A DNA stretch of 57,567 nucleotides from an uncultured virus (IMG/VR IMGVR_UViG_3300008107_000058) (Duplodnaviria; Heunggongvirae; Uroviricota; Caudoviricetes), in IMG/VR virus record IMGVR_UViG_3300008107_000058; one strand, 5' to 3'. The number at the start of each line of letters is the position of its first letter. Positions within the stretch are counted from its first letter, which is position 1. The notes under the pieces are model-generated. The model made no database searches, was not told the DNA's origin, and saw nothing but the letters and a program-made list of their open reading frames with translations. Made by a program: the position numbers and the translations under genes. This document shows positions 31,001-40,300 of the stretch, piece after piece.

Positions 31001-34000
31001 AAGCCAGAAGTTATACCCATTGCATTAAATAGATTAGTTCCACCTCTTCCGCTTAGAACTCCAGCTAAACCACCACCAGCGAGTATTCCACCAATTATTG
31101 GGGCGCCAAGTCCTCCAGTTACGGCTATACCAGCAGCTGCAACAGCACCACTTAAAGCTACCTTAGCAAATCCAGCTGAATTATTATTATTTCTTACTTC
31201 ATTTTGTTGACCATTTGCATCTATTAAATTTTTAGCATCAGTGTTTCCAGCTGAAACTCCACTGCCAGCATTTGCTGTCATTTCATTCCATGAATAATCA
31301 GTTAGTCTACCAATATAATTAAGTCTTTCGTTTGGTTTATCTTCTGGTGTAATACTGGCTACGGTCGACCATCCGTCACCAAGGTCTCCACCTAAGAACT
31401 GAGCAATTCCGGTTCCATTTCCTGGGTAAATATTTCTCTTAAATATTTCAAAATCTCTTTGCGAACTAAAGTTTGCCCACAATGTTCTCATTAAAGAAAT
31501 GCCACCAGACCTTACTTCTGGACCAACTCCAAAAACACTTTCTTCATCTCCACCAGTTGCCAACACATTAATAGCAGATCCTATGCCAAACGTTTTTCCA
31601 TTTGCCTCACCTAAAGAATCAAATATACCTTTGACTTGAGAAACAACTGCTTCATTCTTTGCAGCCTCTAGATCGTTAAGTGGCTCATAAAGTATTTGAC
31701 CAAAGTGTCTAATGCCAAACTTATTTTCTGAGAATATTCTTCCCCTAGTAGCGTGTGCTATTGCTTCGCGAGTTCTTGATGAACCCATTGTCAAAAGTCT
31801 AACCATAAGATCTCTTGGCTCAGACAGCCAGAATCCAGTGTTTATTCCACCGTCGATCTTACCGCTGTCTCCCTTTTTATTTGTCGAGTTAACGATTGGA
31901 CTTAATTCAATAGCATCTGATTGAGCAGTAATTGTTACTATTTCTCCATTTTCTACAGAAGTAATTGTTCCATTGAATATAGTTTGCAACGAGTTTGGAT
32001 TAGCTCCATATCCGCCTCTTAGATGCACTCTTACACCTGGCTTGAGCCTTATGCTATTGATGTCAACCACATATGTGTTTTCCATGTGTCCAACCATATT
32101 ACGAGCTCTATTGAGAGCTTTATCTAGGACTGATTCAATTCCATCTAATTGTGTTAATTGTTCATTTTGAAACTCTTCTTCTGCGTCAAAGATTCTAGTA
32201 GACTCTGCTGTTGTTAACTTAGAGTACATATTTGAAACTCTAAGAATTAAAGTATCACCTAAAATATCTTCAGATTGAACAACGGAAAAATCTATAATTG
32301 ATTGAAGACCATAGAAGTTGTCAAACAACTTTACTCCAGAAAAATAACCACCTTCATCAATAAGCCAAAGCATGTAGGTTGGAAATGCTCTAATCATTCT
32401 TCCTGAGATATCTCTGTACTTTGTATCTATGAGCATTCTTTCCCAGTGTTTTGCAACATTGCTATTTGCAGCCTGAGTAGACATAACCTCTGGTGAGTCG
32501 GATGAACTTCCTGAATAAGGGTCACTAAAGTCTGCCAGATTTGATCCAGCTCCCTTAAGGGAATCTATATGGGCGCTGCCTTCGCCCTTTTTGTATGTCT
32601 TAGAAGGATCATCGGCATCAGTAAATGGAACAGCGATCGGCACAAAGTTGATCTTTCCATCTGTGTCATCTCCGGAATTAGCCTTTGTTGGCCTTACTCC
32701 GTCAATTGTAAAATAAAATCTATTATTAGACTTGCTTACATAGCCTAAATGATAGCCATTTGCATGGTATAAGAAGGCTGGCATTTTGTCATCTGAAGGA
32801 TTTTCTTCTGCTGGTATATAAGTAATTGTGTGATGAATGGTTAATTCGTCAGGATCAATACTAAGGTAGCCGTCTTCTGAAATAACTAAATCTTTAGTTT
32901 CAAGTATATTTTGAATTTGCTGAGTTGCGCTAGAGTCACTATACGACAAGTCTCCAACTGCAGTGTTGAACTTTACGCTTCCAGATCCAAGAGAAGCTGT
33001 TAAGCCAAAAACTGCAGTTTTATCATCTATGTCTGGATATTCTTTAATAAAATCTATTAACAAGTTTTTGTTTTGACCCTTAAAGAACTCTCGAACTGCC
33101 CCTTCTACATATGCAGATGCTTCGAGTAAACCTATTTGTTCTTTATCAAAATACTCTTTTAGTTTCTTTAGTTCATTGTTTTGAACCATAGTTTTAATAT
33201 CATTAAGAATTTTGTTAGTATTCTTTTGTTGTTCAGTTGTAGACTGAGCATTAAGTTGTTTTGGAGTAACAGTAAAAGCCTTCATTTTTTCTTGCTGTGG
33301 AGCAAGATGTTCGATGATGTCATCGTCAAACATTTCAAAAGATCTAAAATAATAATCCGGATCTAAACATCCAACGACTTCTCCATTAGAATCTTTTACA
33401 GAAAGAGGAAAATCTGGATATGCATTAAAAGCACCCCATAGCTGTTTAATTCTTAAAAATGGGTTTCTCTTTGTTCCAAATGTTTCTATCATATCTTTTT
33501 GCTGCTTTGACGAAAGTGTCTCTCTTTGCTGTTGAAAAATATCAAAGTCAACAAGAGACATTCTTACGTCATAAACGTGTGGAAAATTTGGAATAGTATT
33601 AACTTCATAACTTAAGGGCATTACATACTTAATGCCAGCTAAAGCGGCAACTATATTCTTGATGCCCATAAAGCCTATAACGCCAGTAGAATGTTCAATT
33701 CTTGCTAGACCATTAATATGCTCAAAAACTTTTCTTAGTTTTATTAATTCTTTTTCGCCAAAAACAGTCATTGATATATTAATATAAGAATCTTTTCCAC
33801 CAATGTGTTGATAAGTTGGCTCCTCTTGCATTTGGAGCTGCAACTTAGCTAAGTTATTTCCAAGAGTCACTGAAACACCATTAACTATTACGGCTTTAGG
33901 ATCCAGATCAACCTTAAACATTGGAACTTCCCATTCGTTAAATTGGTAGTTCGCCTGTCTTAACCTTTTAGCTTCCATTAATTCTTTAATTGGACCACTC

Positions 34001-36882
34001 TTAAAAAATCTATTATATACAAGAACATTGAATGCTCTAGCTATATCTTCTCTTGCTTGGTCTTCAAAATCTTTTGCAGGTCTTCCTGTGGTATTAGCTT
34101 TTCTTTCTGCTTCCTCAATTGCAAGTCGGTTTAAAGTTTCCTCTGTACTTGTTGATGCTTGAGTAAAAAGATTTCTAACATCTTTAAGGCTATAGTTATT
34201 TGCGCCCATCTTTAAATCTTTACCCTTATACTTAAAGGTAATCACTGTTGTAATGTAGTCTTGTGTTGGTGGATTGTTTGGATCCTTTAATACATAATCA
34301 ATTTCCTGTTGAGTTAGATTTGATTTGTTTTCCGCAACGAATGCTTTGGCAAAAAAATCATACACTTTTTCATTGATTGTATCTTTACCAATGCCAGCGG
34401 TAATTAATTCTATACTCTCTAAAACAACTCTTCTCGCAGAAGGGCTTACTGAACCTTCTATTGAAGTTTGGACAACTGAATTTAAAGATCTATGATATCC
34501 AGCAGATTGGTTAATGTCTATTCCCATTGTCTTAAGTAGAGAGTCCCACATTGACTGGCCGGTATCGTCTAATAATCTTTCTTCTTCAGATCTAAAGGAA
34601 GAAGAGTCTGGAGTAAATATCTTAGTTTGTATTCTTTCTGGAATAAACAAAGATATATTATTTCCATTTCTATATTCTTTAATTACATTCGTTGTAAGCA
34701 CGTCGTCTTTATATGGATCTGTAATTAAATCTGGTTCCGTTAAATAATTATCTTGTGAATTAGAAAGAACTTCTACTGCCCTGTCTCCAGGAAGACTTGA
34801 AAACTGAGGATCAAATGCATCGTCTTCTGGTTTGGGTAGCAAAAATGATTCGTTAATATAACTATGCAGGCTTCCTGCTGCTTTACCCATATAATGTCTA
34901 AACTTACCCCAATGAACAGCTTGGTTGAAATCTTTAATCATTGGCAAAAATGGTTTGTGATTAAAATTTAATAGTTCAAGATCCACAACTAAAGCAAACG
35001 GATAATTTGGAATAGTAGAAATACTCATTGAAGAAAGTGCTACGCCACTAATTCCATGAACAGTATTTAGATAGTGACTTTTTATTGGGAGTATTGGAGC
35101 ATACTTAAATGCCGCCACAAGACCTCTAAGAGATGAAAGAAACTTGTCTATTTTTTCTTCATTACCAGCTTCTTTAAAGTCTATTTTAAAATCTTTATTG
35201 AGTGTAACATCTTTAATGCCATCTATTGATAATCCCCAAATTTCTTCATAATTTGGAAAAAACAATTTTACGCTTATAGTTGTTTCTTTATATCCTGCAT
35301 TGAACTTAGGACTATTTTTTTGTCTAATAGCACCAGATGTTAAGCTACCCGTTTTAAACTGTGAACTTACATTAATGGAGACTGGTGGAACGTAAAAATT
35401 TGATGCACCTAGTCTAAGATGAAATATATCTGGAGTTTTTGGGGAAATGTTTTCCCTAAACGGGAATGCATCGAGTGCACTTTTAATTCTTTGTCCAGTA
35501 TTAATTAACTCCCAAGCTGGCTTGAATATTGGCTTTCCATCTTTGTCGGTACCAAAAGCTCTTAGTAGAGATTTAGCTAATTCATCTATATTGTTAATTG
35601 GATCGTCTTCGCTGCCACCAGAATAGTCTGCTGCTGCTGCTGAAGCGTTAAAAAATAAAGTAGAAAGATTAGGAAAGTATGACTGTACTATAGCAAGCGT
35701 TAAAGGATCTCTTGAAAGATTTTGAGTTACAATAACTAAATCATTTAGCCAAATAGTATCCCTAACTGGATCCAAGGCCTTTCCAGCACTTCCTAGTTCT
35801 GGATCTAATAAGTTGTTTCCAACAGAAAATCTTTTTCTAGCAAAATCTCCAATTGCTGCTGCGCTTACAGCTAAATCTAATAAACCACTAGTTTTTATTC
35901 TATTCCAAATATTTTTGAAATACTTATCATTTGACGAAACTTGTACTTCACCATTTTTTATAAAAGAACGATAAAATGAACTCTTTATATTATCTTTGTA
36001 TTCCTCATTGTTATACAAGGATGAAGGAATTTTTCTAATTATATATTCTTCTATATCAAACAATACATCAGCGGTTGCAAGCATTCCGTTAAATTGAGAT
36101 TCTAACTGTGAAGTATTACCTCTATCTGCAGTGTCAGATTCTGGGTTAGAGTTAAAGTCATTTTCACCTACGGTATAATTTTGCAGCTTGTCTTTAATTG
36201 CTCTTAGTCGTCCAATTGCTCCTGGAACTGTCATTACCGAAAGGTAATAAGAAGAGCTCATAAGTTGCGTATTGTTAAGTATCTTATCGCTTAACATTTT
36301 TGAAGCAGAAGTCAAATATGTTTCTGCTTGTTGATCAGTAAACTTTTCTCTATCTAAGAATGCCCTGAACATATAGTCAGCAATTGCTGCTGCACCGTAG
36401 GAGTCTTGGGTTTTTACATTTTTATATTGTGAGTATGAAGACTTATAATACTGATCATCTATTTGTAATATTCCATTTTCTGAAACTGGATATTGTGGAG
36501 GATTATATTTTTTATTATTATAAGTATAAGAGCTTCCTGAACCCGCCTCAAAAAGTGGATTAAAATATTTATTATAAATTTTTATAATTTCTTCACTTGT
36601 TTTTTGTTTTCCTGGACGGATTTGAACATACAAGGAATCTGTGTAGCCAGAAATTAATGTTGGCCATAAGTAAAAATTTACGTTATTTCTATCATTTTTA
36701 TTATCAAAACTTTTCTTAAAATCAGCACTTGAGTCTGCATAAATAACCCTTTTGAGTTCCTTTAGTCCGGCAGAAGCAATTTCTAAGAGAGTATTGACGT
36801 CTGACACTATTGCGTTATATTTTTCTACCGTCAACTCCTTCATGAAAGGAGTTACTAAAGTTTGAGTTGAAGTTTCAGCCAT
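25063..36882 (-). CDS. Giant baseplate hub (gp27/gpD-like) multidomain protein with a C-terminal staphylococcal-nuclease-like domain, 3939 aa
   Basis: Hub-like segments RLKPGVRVHLRGGYG...IFNGTITSV and GEIVIIGNADIRPHDLVYL...FEVEQVVHHF...GFVTSITP. SNase motifs IIDGDTIDV, IRFDGINTPE, DVYGERVLG, LNWELV..NLA. Gly-rich hydrophobic segments. Confidence 0.7.
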   Translation of the reverse strand: MAETSTQTLVTPFMKELTVEKYNAIVSDVNTLLEIASAGLKELKRVIYADSSADFKKSFDNKNDRNNVNFYLWPTLISGYTDSLYVQIRPGKQKTSEEIIKIYNKYFNPLFEAGSGSSYTYNNKKYNPPQYPVSENGILQIDDQYYKSSYSQYKNVKTQDSYGAAAIADYMFRAFLDREKFTDQQAETYLTSASKMLSDKILNNTQLMSSSYYLSVMTVPGAIGRLRAIKDKLQNYTVGENDFNSNPESDTADRGNTSQLESQFNGMLATADVLFDIEEYIIRKIPSSLYNNEEYKDNIKSSFYRSFIKNGEVQVSSNDKYFKNIWNRIKTSGLLDLAVSAAAIGDFARKRFSVGNNLLDPELGSAGKALDPVRDTIWLNDLVIVTQNLSRDPLTLAIVQSYFPNLSTLFFNASAAAADYSGGSEDDPINNIDELAKSLLRAFGTDKDGKPIFKPAWELINTGQRIKSALDAFPFRENISPKTPDIFHLRLGASNFYVPPVSINVSSQFKTGSLTSGAIRQKNSPKFNAGYKETTISVKLFFPNYEEIWGLSIDGIKDVTLNKDFKIDFKEAGNEEKIDKFLSSLRGLVAAFKYAPILPIKSHYLNTVHGISGVALSSMSISTIPNYPFALVVDLELLNFNHKPFLPMIKDFNQAVHWGKFRHYMGKAAGSLHSYINESFLLPKPEDDAFDPQFSSLPGDRAVEVLSNSQDNYLTEPDLITDPYKDDVLTTNVIKEYRNGNNISLFIPERIQTKIFTPDSSSFRSEEERLLDDTGQSMWDSLLKTMGIDINQSAGYHRSLNSVVQTSIEGSVSPSARRVVLESIELITAGIGKDTINEKVYDFFAKAFVAENKSNLTQQEIDYVLKDPNNPPTQDYITTVITFKYKGKDLKMGANNYSLKDVRNLFTQASTSTEETLNRLAIEEAERKANTTGRPAKDFEDQAREDIARAFNVLVYNRFFKSGPIKELMEAKRLRQANYQFNEWEVPMFKVDLDPKAVIVNGVSVTLGNNLAKLQLQMQEEPTYQHIGGKDSYINISMTVFGEKELIKLRKVFEHINGLARIEHSTGVIGFMGIKNIVAALAGIKYVMPLSYEVNTIPNFPHVYDVRMSLVDFDIFQQQRETLSSKQQKDMIETFGTKRNPFLRIKQLWGAFNAYPDFPLSVKDSNGEVVGCLDPDYYFRSFEMFDDDIIEHLAPQQEKMKAFTVTPKQLNAQSTTEQQKNTNKILNDIKTMVQNNELKKLKEYFDKEQIGLLEASAYVEGAVREFFKGQNKNLLIDFIKEYPDIDDKTAVFGLTASLGSGSVKFNTAVGDLSYSDSSATQQIQNILETKDLVISEDGYLSIDPDELTIHHTITYIPAEENPSDDKMPAFLYHANGYHLGYVSKSNNRFYFTIDGVRPTKANSGDDTDGKINFVPIAVPFTDADDPSKTYKKGEGSAHIDSLKGAGSNLADFSDPYSGSSSDSPEVMSTQAANSNVAKHWERMLIDTKYRDISGRMIRAFPTYMLWLIDEGGYFSGVKLFDNFYGLQSIIDFSVVQSEDILGDTLILRVSNMYSKLTTAESTRIFDAEEEFQNEQLTQLDGIESVLDKALNRARNMVGHMENTYVVDINSIRLKPGVRVHLRGGYGANPNSLQTIFNGTITSVENGEIVTITAQSDAIELSPIVNSTNKKGDSGKIDGGINTGFWLSEPRDLMVRLLTMGSSRTREAIAHATRGRIFSENKFGIRHFGQILYEPLNDLEAAKNEAVVSQVKGIFDSLGEANGKTFGIGSAINVLATGGDEESVFGVGPEVRSGGISLMRTLWANFSSQRDFEIFKRNIYPGNGTGIAQFLGGDLGDGWSTVASITPEDKPNERLNYIGRLTDYSWNEMTANAGSGVSAGNTDAKNLIDANGQQNEVRNNNNSAGFAKVALSGAVAAAGIAVTGGLGAPIIGGILAGGGLAGVLSGRGGTNLFNAMGITSGLDDDLPGLDEVSFRAQTYMRTVWDLFQMCARLLPNYIVAVRPFEDRSTVFYGKPHWLYTSGVVPLTTGYPGTKRAEELGISAPKELDIDTVLENTMKELNKNSNPIADAAAFTQADSSLISIEDTLSQQLTTTSGGVYIPADKLRDNAGKSRVIAFGYKSTMEYRDDSGNAIAQIPEAFGFATVGFHLPISTEDSTQVTLDENQLKNHKQIDQLPLRYRFPFFTDRDDKVVLEDFAYYALADQLGKWENHKADYMTLALDSWSYNEVGGLKEETRWVTLLKLESERYAGVSNTVDYSTVENANGIPLALKLNASGMPSFKGTETEIADSYIFQEKLGATSGSAVIRMPLPDNPGLILDSSETRADVYNILKNNPDFNSNAAGLRDWKAPKTPEDEQFYIAMRWPYKPSDGFSDESIEQFIQSQGGYVPVGNAKSYQERKVMIYSPSTGKAVVCRPAYYLWGQETVRIASPYDNTVENGNSTVFSTDKFGNTVRSKLDTGSHWGVGGGNTLQLGKEAHLSAVVSPDAAYYLGMLNLTQSEKTFWSDGNHSKSEGDWHGAEDSIQTTAATGIAPFPIPRKCYYAFVPDDMPVGVVPDIVLPVDEFAPPGEEVVHEFGGDKKIISFGVFKGKKLTRVNQSYSPTAPSDGDAFFEFRLADSVSIVDAINSIGKLEIAGNILGENGEFGPGTKDYFDLVKNGKYDDLDNLKNILKEEKKDRSSFAGKRFSPIFDEAEPKSVEARKFYDEDYSQEVSVIAGNGRTLQQAIEIWDQFRSGYHTYAKVKEAFQRAYGLPADGPESEQEIGSYLSAGFGLGSKLGDQGVTTGNQSGRQYIDNLEKRYSTQNADSQESTAATNKNVNNLFKNYGDSGGTAEDEFSLVFGDRFFDSLDVQGPALENGQAVYAGQKIVSEKTRQGLETARKSFIDNPDSSVGLISYFNDLLNDKLDKILGIIRESLTLSGVSEKEDQDQYIASIKTSRQLFLFMVGAFRNRMWSDPYARAWLVLKPNRKFAGDDNWDFTPVLKIFQAYIDPNEDYGKSKDKFTKLLAQNRSEGSSATNFIGKWGEDVSGFWDKNIGPLFTALGDSLSGLVNLFRMSMMQLGYGLSQVGQMSKQANILNKVLNDSIYYSLGRPGSLLRAVDNPFTREYAEPVIEIRQPFQRVHYLSSFSHILANGITENLNGVATMVTAVSDGKYPVTVAMDKSAPAERQVEKTVETGLFFDNATGSGLFGALHPILHPFEFARGISKFAQGTPDEMLARRVALAHLKDSLKDIYTGEIVIIGNADIRPHDLVYLADVYERMYGMFEVEQVVHHFTSELGFVTSITPNALVTVNDPAKWFMSSWIGTWMHMQSLRNDTRLYMSSLGSGINSMSQISVDGLADSLQTQMIGGIQFTHGAAALTKDIMAHFTSEGINDINTQVKGLVAQGSAASSGQIALGGMSSMFIGATALGATALGITSMAIPGASLLVGGISAGLGAGVGGKLAWKGWSWMRDNVLDQHGCYIQYLNKNGKAMDSGLGLSGQGMVVGRYHTKKLLPGILGVSSKIKTAEGYSYIRTNDLLSKLGWKEKEINDLVRYIDFENALVNTQVLKYSGIGPEKAGLNRFFKVICKVEEIIDGDTIDVIDLLDTSGKKFRIRFDGINTPEINVISTDIHTSGKTANITNISINSKKATITTEANHDFNVDEICVIAIDNPGGFYILNSSAKIEATPTPNTFVIATSLPDNSAAKTGKVRVYATNSGEFVNSSSPGGKAKMFTRNALKDKIFVLRVSPENVTASFTENDFEAGSAKSIERRLINGEPVPVYYDKDVYGERVLGVIFYKTPTQALETIIREANSLFDKYKKASSADLLTQLASSFSPGVFSDRYSDLTSKAKDINKTDYFTQYASSTIQGVSAAMKQTYNAYVSLRLTEYIYERVSEWPNVEWDEYYDDGTPVSLNWELVVNNLAKVYTANMRIEQPSVIDSYENAAIPSQVTVNRNN

Positions 36883-36888
36883 AATTTA

Positions 36889-37353
36889 TCAGAACATTCT
36901 GTTAAGTCTTAAGTTTTTTGACATTCTGTCACTAGAGGAACCACTCATGGTAATTCCGCTGTAGTTATTCATTATACTCTTATTTTGAAGATTTGTAAAG
37001 GAAAGTGAGCTTCCCATAGCTGGGTTTATTCTTTTATCTTTATCTCTGTACCTTGCACCCTGTAAAGACTTTGCATCATAACCCCTATTGTCCATTTGAA
37101 TGTGGGTTGACTTACCATTGTCTAACCCTTCCATGGACCCTCTTATGGGATCTGGTTGTCCGTCATTTATTTTAGATCTAGATTGATGAACTGTAGTTTG
37201 TTGGGTTCTTGCTGACTCTGAATTATCTGCTGTCTTAGAACTGGATATAGAAGCGGAATAATGATTTGCAGTTCTAGTTTTTGCAGTAGAGTTAACCTTA
37301 ATGGTCGATGCAGCCCTAAGGTTTTTATTTTGATTATCTGCACCAAGAATCAT
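36889..37353 (-). CDS. Hypothetical low-complexity protein, about 154 aa
   Basis: Fills the gap between two giant genes on the coding strand; ATG at 37353 (TTG at 37359 is an alternative start). Confidence 0.6.
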   Translation of the reverse strand: MILGADNQNKNLRAASTIKVNSTAKTRTANHYSASISSSKTADNSESARTQQTTVHQSRSKINDGQPDPIRGSMEGLDNGKSTHIQMDNRGYDAKSLQGARYRDKDKRINPAMGSSLSFTNLQNKSIMNNYSGITMSGSSSDRMSKNLRLNRMF

Positions 37354-37364
37354 ATACAATCAAC

Positions 37365-40300
37365 CTAATAGGAGCCGGCGATTTGAGAATAAGGATCTTT
37401 GCCCAACTGTGGCAGTCCTCTATACATAGTACTGTTAACAGCCCCTCTTGCAACAGATCCTATAGAATTTGAAAAAGATTCAGCTTGCTCTCTTGAACCC
37501 TCTATGTTTACACTGTAGCTGACACCTTGATCGTATCCAGAGAACATAGAACCTTCTGGAACTTGAGGCTGCCTCTGAGCCATTGCCTCATATGCCGAAC
37601 CTCCTGGCAGTAATGGTGGTCCAGCTATGTCTGATTGGCTTCTATCTTTTGAAGCCGAATAAATAAAGCTAGCAGCGATTAGACCAGCTACTGCATAGCC
37701 AGATTTTTTAACTATTGGTTTATCAAAGAATTCTTTTCCAATTCTTTTATAGCCGGCTTCAACTGGCCTTTGAGTCTCATCGGCAACTTCTCCATCAAGT
37801 CCTCTAAATAAATTGCTTCTTTCTTCATCTGTTAAATCAATTGCGCTTGGAGCATATCCACTTGCAGAAGCTCTTCCTCCAAAAGAAAGTATTTCATTCA
37901 TACCAAGCTCTGTTACGGTACTTTTAGCTTGTTGTAACATTCTCATCTGTCTCACTGCTTTTTCTGTTAATTCATCAAGACCAAGTTTTTCTATTCCCTT
38001 TTCGCTGTCAACTAAAAGTGCTGCAGCTATTTTAAACTGATCCTCGTCAACTATTGCAGAACCTCTTCTTGACTTACCCATCATGTCTTCTGCAATTGCT
38101 AGTATTTCTCTTCTCTCTTCAATTGACATAGAATTAACATTTCTTACCATTTCGTCATACTGTTCAGTAAGGGCAGAAATTCCTTCTTGTTTATTCAAAA
38201 AAGAAGCTGCTCTTTCTTGTTGTCTTGCTCTAAACATATTTAATAAAGTATTTTCATCTGAATATCCAGGTTGAGACATAATTCTTCTAACACCTTTATA
38301 TCTACCAGACATTTGCATTTCCATTGCGTCCAATAACTGCCTAACAGTTGTACCTTCTGATTGATTAGATGCTTCAAAAATCATTGATCTAACTTTATCA
38401 ATAACTTGCCCTTGCATTCTTGGAGCATTATACTTTAAAAATTCACTTGCTTCGTCCCCAGCCTGGATAACGTCATTCATTATCTGACTATTTGTTTGCA
38501 TCATAGACTCTGCTTCTTGTAAAATATTAGAAGCAATAATTGAAGACTCTTTGGAGTTTACTATCTCACCAGCATAGGCAACCTGATTCAATTTAAATAT
38601 AGCATTATCTACCACATCCATTGCATCTTTTGCTTGTTGACCAAGCTTTGCGCTTTTTGATGCGTGCGCAAAAGGACTTTCGGCATCTAAGCCAAGTAAG
38701 CCTTTTAAGTTTTGTTTTATTCCACCTTCATCGCCACCACTAAATGCATCTTTTATTCTTCTTGAGTATTCAGTCATTTCTTCTGAAACATTTGTGGCGG
38801 AAGAGATGTCGTCAAATCCACGCTGAAAAGATTTTAAAGCTCCTGTTACGTCGTCGCCTTTTAGCCTTTGATCTAGTATAACGTTATCTATACCGGCTAA
38901 CATGTTTTTATAATCATCTTGATCTACTAAATTTTGCATAGACAGAGCTCTAAGTTTTCCTAGTAGTTCAAATTTAGAATCAATCATCTGCCTTCCAGTA
39001 GCTTCCACGACAGAAACTCCTGCATCTTCTGCTATTCCAGAAATCTTCATAATAGCTTTTGCTGCTGATTCTTTATCAATAGCTCCACCATAGAGTCTTT
39101 CCAAGTTTTCTACACCCTCAACACCTATGCCTTCGTTAAGGTTGACTATTAAGTCAACTACGTCAGAAGGAGCAAATGTTGCTATTTTAGTATTCCTAAG
39201 GGCAGACAACACGCTATCGTCGACTTTACCCTGGAGTCTAGCCAATATAGCCTCTTGCTGATCAGCGCCAGCAGAAGCTACAGTCAATCTGTTTATGTAC
39301 TGACCAATAGTGTCTTGCTTCAATATTGCTTGACGACTTTTTTTGGATAAATCTTCATCAAACAAAGATGATATTCCTGCCCTAGTTTCTGCATCAGCGT
39401 CTTTCATTATTTTAGCTATTGCTTGACCATACTCTTTTTGCTTAGCTAAACCTGCGCTTATCTCTGATTCAACTGTTGATTGCAGCAGTCTTGAGTATTC
39501 GCCTCTAAGTGTATTTAATGTTCCGTATTCTCTAGAGCTGACGTAGGTACTAAGGCCACGATGTATTTCGTCACTATAGTCAAAAGAACCCTCTGTAGCA
39601 AATATTCTTAACATGTTTCCATAGTTGTACTGTTGTACTAAATATTTTTCTTTTGCAAGTCCTGCTTCTGCTGCTGCTTTAATGTTTTCTCTAGTCAAAG
39701 CTAATGGTGATGTAAATTGTTTTCCTTCTAGTTGTTTAAAAAAAGAACTATTCATATCAACTCTTTGAATTGAGTAAGAACCTCTTTGTTCCGCTGATTT
39801 CATTAGTGCTATAATAAAATCTTCTATTTGATCTGAACTTTGTTGACCGATTAAATTATCTAATTGGCTTTTTCTTCTACCGGAAGCTGTTAATCCTTCG
39901 TGTATTGAATCTAAAAGTGCGTTTCCAGTAATGCTTTCTTTCATTATGTCCAATTCGTTCATTAAAGCATCGTTGTTTTGTAAAAATAATTTTATTGTAT
40001 CTGTGTTTCTAAGATCGGCTTTTCCAAATATAAATTCTCCAGGACCAGTTGGTTGACGGAATAAGAATGTTCCAAGTCTGTCTTCTCCACTAGCATCTTT
40101 AAAGATTCTAGGCATGATGATTCCTTTGTCGTCTAAGTCGAAACCACCAAGGGAGTGCTTGAACATGCTCGCAGCATCGCCGGCAAATAGCATCTTATGA
40201 CCTTGCACCTGAAATGTAAGAGCTTTAATAGGTTCATTCCTGCCTAATATAGTCATATCCCTTAAGCCTTCACCTAACCTAGCTGCCTTATTGGCTCTAC

